The translations under genes and the position numbers were made by a program. DNA of 64,000 nucleotides. Source: Candidatus Shapirobacteria bacterium (GTDB taxonomy: Bacteria; Patescibacteriota; Microgenomatia; UBA12405). Below, piece after piece: positions 21,142-30,991 of this stretch. Location: positions 15,098 through 79,097 of the forward strand of contig JAUYJS010000008.1 of assembly GCA_030698565.1 (NCBI GenBank), written 5' to 3'. The notes beneath the pieces were generated by a model. It worked only from the letters and a program-made list of their open reading frames with translations, had not been told where the DNA came from and made no database searches. Each line of letters starts with the position of its first letter. The stretch's first letter is position 1.

Positions 21142-21429
21142 TTAATTTTTATTTAACTCCAACAGTAGTTCCCTATCATCCTTAATACCTTCTCTCACCC
21201 AAAACCGATGACTGCACTGCATGCACTTATACCAAATCCTAAATTTACCCTTTTCAAAACTAGTTCTAATCGGTTCCATTAAGCCTTTACAATCACTCAC
21301 CCTATCCCCTGGTGTTTCATAATCTACATGCTTTCCCCACAAACAATTAGGGCAATGATCAGTATACCCATCACCGATTATCTTAGCTCCACATTTTTCA
21401 CAAACAAAATTTTCAATTACTCTTTTCAT
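21142..21429 (-). CDS. RNHCP-domain zinc-finger protein
   Basis: FVCEKCG...YTDHCPNCLWGKHVD..PGDR..C.GLMEP. Confidence 0.85.
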   Translation of the reverse strand: MKRVIENFVCEKCGAKIIGDGYTDHCPNCLWGKHVDYETPGDRVSDCKGLMEPIRTSFEKGKFRIWYKCMQCSHRFWVREGIKDDRELLLELNKN

Positions 21430-21435
21430 GATTAT

Positions 21436-24288
21436 TTATTTCCCCAATTCAACCCCCATTTTAATATCCCGATCTAATTTCTGATTAAATAACAATTTTC
21501 CACCTACTAAGCTCGCTGCCGGCTGCACCTGTGTCGGTTGCCATTCTGCCGGATAAGAAATTAAAGTAACCAAACCAGTATCCCCAAAACCAGGCTGCTT
21601 TTGCACATAATTTAGATAAGAAAATTTAGTCTTTTGGCTCAAATCGATTCCACTCGAATATCTAATTTCTATTAATCTTTTTTTATTAGCCGGTACTACC
21701 ACCAAAAAACCCACCTCTTTTTTGTTACCTTCCTGCCTTATTTTTAGTTCATCAGCCCCATAAATTCTTCGACTATCAGGATTATCAACATCAGTTACAC
21801 TCACTTGAGCCAAATTAATATCAATTGGTAAGTAAACCCTTAAATAATTTTTATAATCTCCACCCGGCCAATTAGTATTCTTGGCTGTATTTTCGTAATT
21901 AATCTTTACTATCCTGGCAATTGACCCCGTTGAAATATCGATCTGTTCCTCAATATTTCTATATAAAAAATAGTTTACTTTGTTAACTCCCAAATTAGCC
22001 TCAACTAAATATAAATAATCAGCCAGACAATTTTCCAGCGCACATTTACCCTGATACATCGCCCCATCCCACCCCAAATCGGCCATAATTTTAGCCGATT
22101 CTTTTTGGTTTAAAGCCATTATAATTTCATTTTTTTCCAAAAGATCAATTATGGTTTTACCCAAAAGCATATCTTGATCAGTTTTTAGGTTTTTAATCTC
22201 TTCAAATAACTGCTTCCCTAAACCACCTAAAAACGATGCCTTCTGGTTTGATCCTGGAAAAAAATTCTTTTCCGAATAATATTCGGCCTGTTCGTATAAA
22301 TTATCTTTATTAATTTTTTCTTTGAAATCCGGCACATAAACTTCTCCCACTACCCCCAAAATTGACCTAGCAACGGCAAGGTCTACACCAATTACTCCGT
22401 CTACTTTTCTACCAATTTCTTTGTCCAAAAACCATTGTAAATCAGCCGCCGCCAAAGGAAAACTTGCCTTCCAATTAGCATCTCGCATAAACCACCCCGC
22501 CTCACCCAAAATATTCTTAATTTCTTCAGGCGGTTCCACATGACCATTTATCTGTCCGTCAGCTTCGTAAACATCTTTAACTTCTAAATTTAAAAGATGA
22601 CCATTTTCAAAACTCAAAATTCCAAATGAACCAATAAATCCACCTGTTGGTCTTAACTCCATTTCATTTTGAAACAACACCAAATAATCTCTTTTCTTAC
22701 CATCAGCACCAACTAAATCTGGCAAAACTTTTATTCCTTTTTTTACCAATTCTACTGTATTTTTTATTTCGTTTAACTGTTTTACCCCATTTTGTGGCCA
22801 AGATCTAAAACGAGCTGGCAACCAACTCCAATTACCCCCCAATCTTGCTTGCAATAAACCAAAACCTTGATCTATTTCTGCGAGATTACTATCTATTTTG
22901 GCTAACTCTTTTGGCCAATCAATTGTTTTACCTTGAAAAATTGCTTTATCGATTATTTCGCCACTTTTAGCTAATTGAATCCCGCTTTTTTCCAACAACA
23001 ATACATCCTCAGCCACTTTAATTAAAGATTGATAATTTCTAATTATTCCAATTTTATTTAAACCCCAATCATCAATTTGACTATCAGTGATTTTGTTTTT
23101 ATTCCAGTAATAATCCACCTGTTTTTCTGCTTGGTCATATTTCTTTTCTTTAATTAATTTTTCTACTCCATAAATATTTTTAACCGTCAAATAATTTATC
23201 CTCAGCCAATTTAATGGTAATAGCACCAAAATTAAAGCCAACCCACCAACATACCACCACCACTTACCCAAATTAATATTAAGTTTTAAATTAAAACGTC
23301 TTTTATTTACTGTGTCATTTTTTGACACAACAATTTCTTTAACTGGTTCATCGTCTTCTTCTATTATTTCTTCCTCGTTTTCAATTTTTTTAGTTACCTC
23401 TCTTAATTTCGAATTCTTAATTAAAGGCTTAAAATCATTCCAATCAATTTCTTCTTTTACTACTTCTTCGGCTTCCACCACTACTTCATATTTTTCTTCT
23501 TTTTTAGATCTGCCTTGCAGTTCTTTATTTTTTCTCCGGCTTTCCTCATCTAATCGACACAAAAAATATTGCAATGTCTCTTTAATACTTTCCTTAAGTT
23601 CTTCTCTCGGTTGCCATCTTAGTTTATTTTTGACTATTTTTATTTCCTCTTCACTCCACAAGTCTGTTTGAATATCATTCTGAATCACTTTAAATCTAGT
23701 CATCTTCGCCTCATCAATCAAAATTTTAGCCACCACCTCCGAATCGAATTCATTTCCTACTATCAAAAATTCTTCTCTTTCGGTTCCCGACAAAAAACTG
23801 GCCCTCAAAATCGCTTCAACCAAATCTTTAATTCCCAATAATCTATATTTTAAATTTAAAGAAGGCAAAACTAAATTTTTATTACTTGCCGCCTGTTTTA
23901 ACGCTGTCGTCAAAAACCAATTATCTTCCATCCCTGGTCCGACCACTCCCTGACCATCAACCAGCCTCCAATTTATTTCTAAGTTCTTAGCCTTGTCATT
24001 TAACTCTTTAGCTTTTTCACTATCATTTACACAAACAATAGTTAATTTTCCTGATTTAATTTTATTCCAAAAATCAGTCTCCCCTCTAAAATCAAAAACA
24101 TAACTAAACTCCTCTTTCTCCAATTCCTCCAAATCCATTTTAATTTCCAAATTTGTCCCGCTCAAATCAGCCACATGTTCGCCCACACCAATTACTTTTA
24201 TATCTTTATTCAACAATTCTATAGCCAAATTCTTGGCCACAAAATGATCTATTCCTATTATTAAAGCAGATGGAACCGAATGACTCAT
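21436..24288 (-). CDS. DUF4012-domain membrane-anchored protein with an N-terminal degenerate NAD-dependent epimerase/SDR-like domain
   Basis: YLVLFQNEMELRPTGGFIGSFG, MRDANW, DGVIGVD, EANLGVNKVN, QKQPG; N-terminal ALIIGIDHFVAK. Confidence 0.8.
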   Translation of the reverse strand: MSHSVPSALIIGIDHFVAKNLAIELLNKDIKVIGVGEHVADLSGTNLEIKMDLEELEKEEFSYVFDFRGETDFWNKIKSGKLTIVCVNDSEKAKELNDKAKNLEINWRLVDGQGVVGPGMEDNWFLTTALKQAASNKNLVLPSLNLKYRLLGIKDLVEAILRASFLSGTEREEFLIVGNEFDSEVVAKILIDEAKMTRFKVIQNDIQTDLWSEEEIKIVKNKLRWQPREELKESIKETLQYFLCRLDEESRRKNKELQGRSKKEEKYEVVVEAEEVVKEEIDWNDFKPLIKNSKLREVTKKIENEEEIIEEDDEPVKEIVVSKNDTVNKRRFNLKLNINLGKWWWYVGGLALILVLLPLNWLRINYLTVKNIYGVEKLIKEKKYDQAEKQVDYYWNKNKITDSQIDDWGLNKIGIIRNYQSLIKVAEDVLLLEKSGIQLAKSGEIIDKAIFQGKTIDWPKELAKIDSNLAEIDQGFGLLQARLGGNWSWLPARFRSWPQNGVKQLNEIKNTVELVKKGIKVLPDLVGADGKKRDYLVLFQNEMELRPTGGFIGSFGILSFENGHLLNLEVKDVYEADGQINGHVEPPEEIKNILGEAGWFMRDANWKASFPLAAADLQWFLDKEIGRKVDGVIGVDLAVARSILGVVGEVYVPDFKEKINKDNLYEQAEYYSEKNFFPGSNQKASFLGGLGKQLFEEIKNLKTDQDMLLGKTIIDLLEKNEIIMALNQKESAKIMADLGWDGAMYQGKCALENCLADYLYLVEANLGVNKVNYFLYRNIEEQIDISTGSIARIVKINYENTAKNTNWPGGDYKNYLRVYLPIDINLAQVSVTDVDNPDSRRIYGADELKIRQEGNKKEVGFLVVVPANKKRLIEIRYSSGIDLSQKTKFSYLNYVQKQPGFGDTGLVTLISYPAEWQPTQVQPAASLVGGKLLFNQKLDRDIKMGVELGK

Positions 24289-24592
24289 AAAATTATTTTA
24301 AAGCAAAAGACAAGTACAAACTAGGTACGGTAATAATTCGGTTATTATGCGGTTAATTCCCAAGCTAATTTCGTCCCAACCCGGACTAGGTTTAAGTAGC
24401 GACGTGAAAAATGTAATGACATAAGATATCGAAAGGTTATAAAAAACGTACATATAAAATAAATTTCTTGGCTTTAAAATCTATTGTCACAAGGTTAATT
24501 GTGTTTTTAAAAAACGTCATAACTCCCAAATTAAAATATGAAGAATGTTCTGATATTAAACAGGGAACTGGATCAAAAAAACATATAACTCC

Positions 24593-24616
24593 GTAGGGGC
24601 GATTCATGAATCGCCC
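24593..24616 (+). repeat. GTAG-type REP element
   Basis: GTAGGGGCGATTCATGAATCGCCC, same core as 6606-6633. Confidence 0.8.
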
Positions 24617-24647
24617 TCAACAAATCGAAAATTAAACAGGGGGTTTT

Positions 24648-24675
24648 GTACGGACAGGTCGCGACCTGTCCCTAT
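24648..24675 (-). repeat. REP-like palindrome that includes the flippase stop codon
   Basis: (A)TAGGGACAGGTcgcgACCTGTCCGTAC; forms an inverted doublet with 24593-24616. Confidence 0.7.
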
Positions 24676-25919
24676 CTCTTAATTGTTTGCCACAATTTAA
24701 AGCTCATCAAGCTGCAAGCCAGTGCCTCTGTTAACACAGTCACCCACGCCGCTCCATAAATTCCAAATCTAGGTATCGCCCACAGGTTTCCTCCTAAATT
24801 AAAAACCAAAGCAATTAAACCAAACCACAAAATTTCTTTTTGTCCACCTCGGGAAATCAAAGTAAATCCAATTAAATGTTCGATATAAGAAAAGAACAGG
24901 GCAATTAAAAGAATTCTCAAAACACCAGCCGAAGCGGCGTATTGGTTTCCAGCTAAAACTTGGATAATCCAAGGAGCCATAAAATATATAACTGGTATTA
25001 CCAAAAAAACACTACCTACCAAAAGCAAAGCCGAAGTTTTAAATAATCTTTTTTTCCATTCAAGACCAAATTCTTTTTCCGATTCTTGGTGATCAGCAGA
25101 AAGTAGGGGAAAGATACTATTTACAAAAAAATAAGCTGGTTGAACCAAACTAGAGTAGATTTTGTACGCCAATCCATACCAAGCTACAGCCGCAATTCCA
25201 ACATATCTTTGTATCAACATCGAGTCGACTGCCCGATCATAACCCGCAAAAACAATCAAATAAACTCCCATCGGCCACGTCTCTTTTAATAATCTCTTAA
25301 TTATAATCCAGTTAATTTTTTTAATTTTTAAGTTAAATCCAATATTACCCAAGAATTTAGATCCAATCATTAAGCTTAAAACTCGTGCAAAAAGATAAGT
25401 CGAAAACACCCAAAGCAAGTTGATTAATCCCGGCCAAAACCATAAAACAATTAAAAAAAACAAAGGAAAAGCCACATCCATAAATACTTTAAGTTCCATT
25501 TTCAATTTACTTTGGAAAATTATTTCCATGCTTCCCGCCAAAGAAGTAAACCAAATCATACTCAAAGCCACTAAAGCTTCGCCTCGGATTGGTGCAAATC
25601 CCGACCACAAAAAGATTAGTGTTATACCCAAAACAAAAGCCACCCCCGTGATCATCAATCTCAACCAAATCAACTGCTCAAAAAGTTCCTTTTTGTTTTC
25701 ACTTTTTTCCGTTGAAGTTTCTCTTACCCCAATAATTTTTATACCAAAGTCAGCTAATGAATCTAATAATAAAAATACAGACGTCACCAAAGTAAAACTA
25801 CCGTAAACTTCCACCCCTAATTTCCGTGTCAAAATACCAGTCGTTACCAGGCTAATTAAAACTGTAATGGTTTTACCGGCCACCTGAGCCATAGTATTTA
25901 TAATTGGCCGCTTAAACAT
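24672..25919 (-). CDS. Wzx-like polysaccharide flippase
   Basis: About 12 TMs; LTRKLGVEVYG, LADFG and IPRFGIYGAAWVT motifs. Confidence 0.88.
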   Translation of the reverse strand: MFKRPIINTMAQVAGKTITVLISLVTTGILTRKLGVEVYGSFTLVTSVFLLLDSLADFGIKIIGVRETSTEKSENKKELFEQLIWLRLMITGVAFVLGITLIFLWSGFAPIRGEALVALSMIWFTSLAGSMEIIFQSKLKMELKVFMDVAFPLFFLIVLWFWPGLINLLWVFSTYLFARVLSLMIGSKFLGNIGFNLKIKKINWIIIKRLLKETWPMGVYLIVFAGYDRAVDSMLIQRYVGIAAVAWYGLAYKIYSSLVQPAYFFVNSIFPLLSADHQESEKEFGLEWKKRLFKTSALLLVGSVFLVIPVIYFMAPWIIQVLAGNQYAASAGVLRILLIALFFSYIEHLIGFTLISRGGQKEILWFGLIALVFNLGGNLWAIPRFGIYGAAWVTVLTEALACSLMSFKLWQTIKR

Positions 25920-25932
25920 AATATAGATGTTA

Positions 25933-27162
25933 TCAGATAAAACCCAAAACCACAGCCAAAAGCCAAAAATTTTGTGGTAGGGTAATCCAGTAGTGATCCC
26001 ACATAGCCGTCGCCAAAATTACCAATAAAAGAACTATCTTTTTTATGTTTAATTTTGGTTTAATTGTTTGTTTTATCAACCAAACTAAAACAATTATTCC
26101 TATTAGTCCCAATTCTGTCCAAAGCAAAAAGAAAACATTATGAACTGGTTGCAACCAAAAATAAAAATTATGTTTCTCGAATTCTGGTAACTTGACCAAA
26201 AAATTTCCCAAACCTATTCCCAAAAAAGGTTTTTCTTTAATCATATTAAAAGCCGCCCCAGTTAAATTTATTCTTTTTTCTATATCCACAGGATCAAAAC
26301 CACCAATAAATCTATTAATCGGATAATTAATATTAATAAAAGCCAACACCCCCAAAAATAATCCACCTAAAATTAAAATTATTCCTAATATATATTTTTT
26401 ACTTTTATTCCCCAAATAAACCAAAGACATCCAAACCAACAAGGTTAGTAACCAAACCAACCGACTGCCTGTAATTATAATTCCAAAATTTAAAAGCCAA
26501 GTAATTGCCCACCACCAAATCTTTGACCAACTGTCTACTTTTCCTTTTAAAATAAACCAAAGTATTAAACTGGTTAATAAAAATCCAGCCAAGCTATTTG
26601 GATGAGAGAAAGTTCCATAAGCTCTCAATAATCCTTGTCCCATCACCGATATTTGGGCAATCCCAATCGTATTAAAATTAAAACTTCTTTCTCCCAGCCA
26701 ATAAAAAATTCCGCCAACACTTCTACCCAAAAAAATTTGGCTCAAAGCCAAAAATACTTCGATGACTGTCCAAACACTAATCGCCACCACTAAATTACTT
26801 TTTAATTCAATCTTTTTTCTCAGAAAATAAACTAATGTCAAAATCCACTGTCCAATTCTCAACCATCGGTACATTGCCACCCACTTATTTTGAGCCAATA
26901 CCACATTTACCGCCATTAATATCAAAAAAATAATTGTTTTTTCCCAAGCCACCTTGTTTAACCTTATTTCTTTTATGCCAACCAAGATAAATCCCAGAAA
27001 CCAAATAGCATCCAAAAAATAAAAAGTAGGGGACAGATAATCAACTCTCAAACCTTGTACAAAACTCCAATCCGGCCAGAAATGCTTACCCAGCTGGGTC
27101 GGAATCAACAATAAAAATACCAAAAAAACTACTTTTTCGAATCTAGCCAGCACATTCTTCAC
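25933..27162 (-). CDS. O-antigen ligase / Wzy-like membrane protein
   Basis: RAYGTFSHPNSLAG, GIGLGNF, PVHNVFFLLWTELG. Confidence 0.88.
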   Translation of the reverse strand: MKNVLARFEKVVFLVFLLLIPTQLGKHFWPDWSFVQGLRVDYLSPTFYFLDAIWFLGFILVGIKEIRLNKVAWEKTIIFLILMAVNVVLAQNKWVAMYRWLRIGQWILTLVYFLRKKIELKSNLVVAISVWTVIEVFLALSQIFLGRSVGGIFYWLGERSFNFNTIGIAQISVMGQGLLRAYGTFSHPNSLAGFLLTSLILWFILKGKVDSWSKIWWWAITWLLNFGIIITGSRLVWLLTLLVWMSLVYLGNKSKKYILGIILILGGLFLGVLAFININYPINRFIGGFDPVDIEKRINLTGAAFNMIKEKPFLGIGLGNFLVKLPEFEKHNFYFWLQPVHNVFFLLWTELGLIGIIVLVWLIKQTIKPKLNIKKIVLLLVILATAMWDHYWITLPQNFWLLAVVLGFI

Positions 27163-27178
27163 GTCCTATCTTAGCACA

Positions 27179-27649
27179 TTAGGCCTTTGGCTTAATCACA
27201 ATATGCCTATCTTCACCCTCACCCTCAGATTCCGACACTATTCCCTCCGTTTCCGCAATCGCCATATGGCAAATTCTTCGTTCATAAGAACTCATGTGAG
27301 CCAAAACTACCGGAGTACCAGTTGATTGAACTTTCTTAACCAAATTTTCTACCATACCAACCAATCTCTCTTTTTGTTCAGCCCTGTAATTATTTATATC
27401 CAAAAGGACTCTAATCCATTCATTATTTTTATTTTTAATCATCAATGACAACACTGTTTGAATTGCCGATAAATTTCTACCTCTAAATCCAATCAAGTTA
27501 GCAGGGTTAGCTACAGTAATTCCTACCAGTACCTGACTTTCTTCACCTTCCATATCTTCTACAAAAGCATTTTCCACTTCAAAATTCATCTTTTCCAAAA
27601 GGTCGCAAGTTAATTTCAAGATGACTTCATTTCTTTCTTTATTATCCAT
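27179..27649 (-). CDS. jag: Jag/KhpB RNA-binding protein (KH + R3H)
   Basis: LIGFRGRNL, MSSYERRICH, SESEGEGEDRH; downstream of yidC. Confidence 0.9.
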   Translation of the reverse strand: MDNKERNEVILKLTCDLLEKMNFEVENAFVEDMEGEESQVLVGITVANPANLIGFRGRNLSAIQTVLSLMIKNKNNEWIRVLLDINNYRAEQKERLVGMVENLVKKVQSTGTPVVLAHMSSYERRICHMAIAETEGIVSESEGEGEDRHIVIKPKA

Positions 27650-27680
27650 AACGCCTATTTTAACATGCTTAAAAAAGTTT

Positions 27681-28463
27681 TCACTTGCTATTTACCGTCA
27701 ACTTATTAGTAATTAATTGTTGCCCAATCATTACTAAAGAATTCACAAACCAATAAAGAAGCATACCTAAATTAAAACTCCATCCCAAAAAGATTGTCAT
27801 TAACGGCATCAAATATGTTGATTGGGTTCGCATCATCGACATCATGTCATCTTCCTTATTTTTAGTTACCTTAACCACATTTTTATCAACCGCTGGTGCT
27901 GGCATCATTAATTTAGCGCTCCAATACTGAAGTAAACCCGAACCTACCAATAAAATAAAAGGTAAAATCATTTGAGCTACAACTCCTCCATCAAATAATT
28001 TAGCTGGAGTTTGAGTCAGATTTGATCCAAAAAACATTAAATCAAATTTAAAATCCTGACTTATTTGATAAGGTGCTACTAATAATTTATTGATATCTTC
28101 AAAACTACCCTTACCCTCCGAAAACTGCGACACCACGTTAAAGGCTTGAAAAAATATTATTAAAACAGCAATTTGCAAAATATTAGGCAAACAACCAGCC
28201 ACTGGATTTATTCCTTCTTGCTTATAAAGTTCCATTTGAGCCTTTGCCAAAGCCTCTTTTTGATTTCCATATTTTTCCTTTAATTTATTTATCTTTGGCT
28301 GCAAGTCCCTCATTCTATTTGCCGACTTTAAGCTAGGAAAAACTAAAGGTAGTAACAAAAGTCTAATTAAAATTGTTATCAAAATGATTGCCCAACCCAA
28401 ATTACCAACCATATAATAAAGACCAAACAAGGCGTTAACAAAAGGAGCTATAAATAAATTCAT
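27681..28463 (-). CDS. yidC: Membrane protein insertase YidC
   Basis: GWAIILITILIRLLLLPL, LQPKI, GINPVAGCLP, LYWFVNS. Confidence 0.95.
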   Translation of the reverse strand: MNLFIAPFVNALFGLYYMVGNLGWAIILITILIRLLLLPLVFPSLKSANRMRDLQPKINKLKEKYGNQKEALAKAQMELYKQEGINPVAGCLPNILQIAVLIIFFQAFNVVSQFSEGKGSFEDINKLLVAPYQISQDFKFDLMFFGSNLTQTPAKLFDGGVVAQMILPFILLVGSGLLQYWSAKLMMPAPAVDKNVVKVTKNKEDDMMSMMRTQSTYLMPLMTIFLGWSFNLGMLLYWFVNSLVMIGQQLITNKLTVNSK

Positions 28464-28466
28464 GGA

Positions 28467-28673
28467 CTATTTTAACAGATCAACTCCACTCCCGCCTCCA
28501 GGACGGCAGCGTAAAATTCTTTTAAATCCCAAAAACAAACCCTTTATCACACCATATTTATCTACCGCCTCATAAGTATATTCAGAACAGCTAGGAATAA
28601 AGCGGCAATTATATCCCGAGGATAAATATTTTTTATACCAAATCAATATTTTTAATACTATTTTTTTAATCAT
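28467..28673 (-). CDS. yidD: Membrane protein insertion efficiency factor YidD
   Basis: CRFIPSCSEY...RILRCRP; conserved position. Confidence 0.93.
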   Translation of the reverse strand: MIKKIVLKILIWYKKYLSSGYNCRFIPSCSEYTYEAVDKYGVIKGLFLGFKRILRCRPGGGSGVDLLK

Positions 28674-29007
28674 TCAATTTAAGTTGGCTAAAAACCCTAA
28701 TTACTTCATTGTCGACTTCCATAAAACTTTTCAAAAGAATTTCCCTTTTAGTCAAAAAAACCATTTTCCAGCCCATGCCATTTTCCAGCCCATGCCTTTT
28801 AACGCTTTCCGATAAATATCTTTTAATTCGATTTCTATCAACTGCTCTTTTAGAAATTCTTTTGGAAATAATAAATCCAAATTGATTCTTATCAATATCA
28901 TTCTTTAGATAAATTAAACCAAAAAAAGGGGATTGATAAATCCGCCCTTTTTCTTTTACATTTAAAAAGTCAGTTCTTTTACAGATTCTATTTTCTTTTT
29001 TCAACAC
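28666..29007 (-). CDS. rnpA: Ribonuclease P protein component
   Basis: FGFIISKRISKRAVDRNRIKR (RNR motif). Confidence 0.95.
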   Translation of the reverse strand: MLKKENRICKRTDFLNVKEKGRIYQSPFFGLIYLKNDIDKNQFGFIISKRISKRAVDRNRIKRYLSESVKRHGLENGMGWKMVFLTKREILLKSFMEVDNEVIRVFSQLKLND

Positions 29008-29010
29008 AAC

Positions 29011-29160
29011 TTATTTTACATCAGACACGGTCAGTTTAGTTCTACCCTTAGCTCTTCTTCTTTTTATAACATTTCTACCGTCGTGATCAAACATCCGCTT
29101 TAAAAATCCGTGAACACGAGAGCGTTTTTTACTTTTAGGTTGAAAAGTTCTTTTTGGCAT
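29011..29160 (-). CDS. rpmH: 50S ribosomal protein L34
   Basis: Manual translation [49 protein letters not shown]. Confidence 0.96.
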   Translation of the reverse strand: MPKRTFQPKSKKRSRVHGFLKRMFDHDGRNVIKRRRAKGRTKLTVSDVK

Positions 29161-29210
29161 AATGGCTATTTTAGCATAAACACCACTTTTAAATTTGATA
29201 TCTTTTAATT

Positions 29211-29243
29211 TGTGGAAAACTCCTCTATGATTAATGTGGATAA
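29211..29243. promoter_or_regulatory. DnaA boxes in the rpmH-dnaA intergenic region
   Basis: TGTGGAAAA (29211) and perfect TGTGGATAA (29235). Confidence 0.8.
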
Positions 29244-29333
29244 CCTAAAACCTCCCCGTTTTTATTCTCCTGCTTTACTGCCAATTTTATAGTATTTTTT
29301 CTAAATACTACATAAAAATAATAAATAATAAAA

Positions 29334-30680
29334 ATGGATATAGATCGGATTTGGAAAAACACTCAAGAAGAACTCAAGGTTGTTCTGGCTCCAGCCGTTT
29401 TTCAAACTTTTGTCGCCAAAACTCAGCTAATTAGCCTCCAAAATAATATTGCCACTATTGCTTGCCCCAATTCTTATTTAGTCGATATTAATCACAAACG
29501 CTACTATCAATTATTTAAGGGCGCTTTGGATAATCAAACCAAAAGTGATAATCAACTAAATTTTATTATTCAGGAAATTCCTAAAATCGATTTAGAAAAT
29601 TCTAATTCAGCCCCGCTTTTTACTTATGCTTCTCCCAAAAAAACTTTTTCCGATTCCAATTTACATCCCAAATATACCTTTGAAAATTTAATTGTGGGCA
29701 ATAGTAACAATTTTGCTTATGCTGCCGCCCAGGGTATTGTCAAAAACCCTGGTCTAACTTACAACCCATTTTTCATTTGGGGTGGAGTAGGTGTGGGTAA
29801 AACCCATTTAATGCAGGCTGTTGGCCATGAACTTCTCAAGAGCAACCCTGATTTCAAAGTCAAATATTTTCCCGCCGAAACCTTTGCCAATGAATTAATC
29901 GGTGCTTTAAAATCCAAAAACATGAACCAATTTAAAAATAAGTACCGCAGTTTAGACTGTATTTTAGTTGATGATATTCAATTTATTGCCGGCAAAGAGT
30001 ATATCCAAGAGGAATTTTTTCACACTTTCAACGCCCTTCATATGGCTGGTAAACAAGTTATTTTAACCTCCGATCGCAAACCTAGTGAGATCAAAGATTT
30101 AAAAGACCGCTTGGTTTCTCGTTTTATGGGTGGTTTAACTGTTGATATTCAAATGCCAGATTATGAAATGCGAGTCGCTATTATTAAGCAAAAAATGGAA
30201 GAACGGGGGAGTAGAATCACCAATGAAGCCATAAGTTATTTAGCTGAAAATGTGGTTTCCAATATTCGCGACATCGAAGGTCGGCTTCAAGAATTGACTA
30301 TCCAAGCTATGGCCAAAAATATTCCTGAAATAAATTTAGAATTCATTCAGTTTATTATCAATCCTAACTCCAATACTTTTTTTGAATCTGCCTCTGCAAA
30401 AGTTACTCCTCGTCACTTAATTTCCGTTTGCGCCAAATATTTTAATATTAAAACAGGGGATTTGTGTGGCAAAAGTCGAAAAAAAGAATTGGTTTCCGCC
30501 CGTCATATCACAGCCTACTTACTTTTAACCGAAATTGAGTTACCCCTAGAAGAAGTCGGTCATCTTTTGGGTGGCCGCGATCATACCAGTATTATGCACG
30601 CTCGTGACAAAGTTCAAACAGAGTTCTCCACTAATCCACAAATTCGACAACTTATCAACCAAATTAAAGGCACCTTCTAA
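29334..30680 (+). CDS. dnaA: Chromosomal replication initiator DnaA
   Basis: YNPFFIWGGVGVGKTHL, VDDIQF, EEFFHTFN, GGRDHTSIMHA. Confidence 0.98.
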   Translation: MDIDRIWKNTQEELKVVLAPAVFQTFVAKTQLISLQNNIATIACPNSYLVDINHKRYYQLFKGALDNQTKSDNQLNFIIQEIPKIDLENSNSAPLFTYASPKKTFSDSNLHPKYTFENLIVGNSNNFAYAAAQGIVKNPGLTYNPFFIWGGVGVGKTHLMQAVGHELLKSNPDFKVKYFPAETFANELIGALKSKNMNQFKNKYRSLDCILVDDIQFIAGKEYIQEEFFHTFNALHMAGKQVILTSDRKPSEIKDLKDRLVSRFMGGLTVDIQMPDYEMRVAIIKQKMEERGSRITNEAISYLAENVVSNIRDIEGRLQELTIQAMAKNIPEINLEFIQFIINPNSNTFFESASAKVTPRHLISVCAKYFNIKTGDLCGKSRKKELVSARHITAYLLLTEIELPLEEVGHLLGGRDHTSIMHARDKVQTEFSTNPQIRQLINQIKGTF

Positions 30681-30991
30681 TTTAACTTTTGACTTATCCA
30701 CTTTTTTTTAAAGTTATCCACCAACTTATCCACTTTTTTATTTTTGTTTTTCCCCCGAAAGAAACCCAAACTTCAAGTCAAATTATAAGCTAATTTATCT
30801 AATTTTTCCCTAATTTTAGACAAACAATCAATTTTACACCCCTCTAAAATAACACTTTATCCACAAAAATCCATCAATAAAAATAATCTTCCACTAATCC
30901 ACCACCTCTAATAACAACACTACTATTCTTTTTATTAAAAAATCTTTATTAACAACTTTAACTTTTAAACATAAATTGATAATATAAGTCA
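30681..30991. other. oriC: Replication origin oriC (dnaA-dnaN intergenic)
   Basis: DnaA boxes at 30694, 30714, 30726 and 30857 (perfect TTATCCACA); tandem degenerate boxes, trio-like repeats and AT-rich tract at about 30887-30960. Confidence 0.88.
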
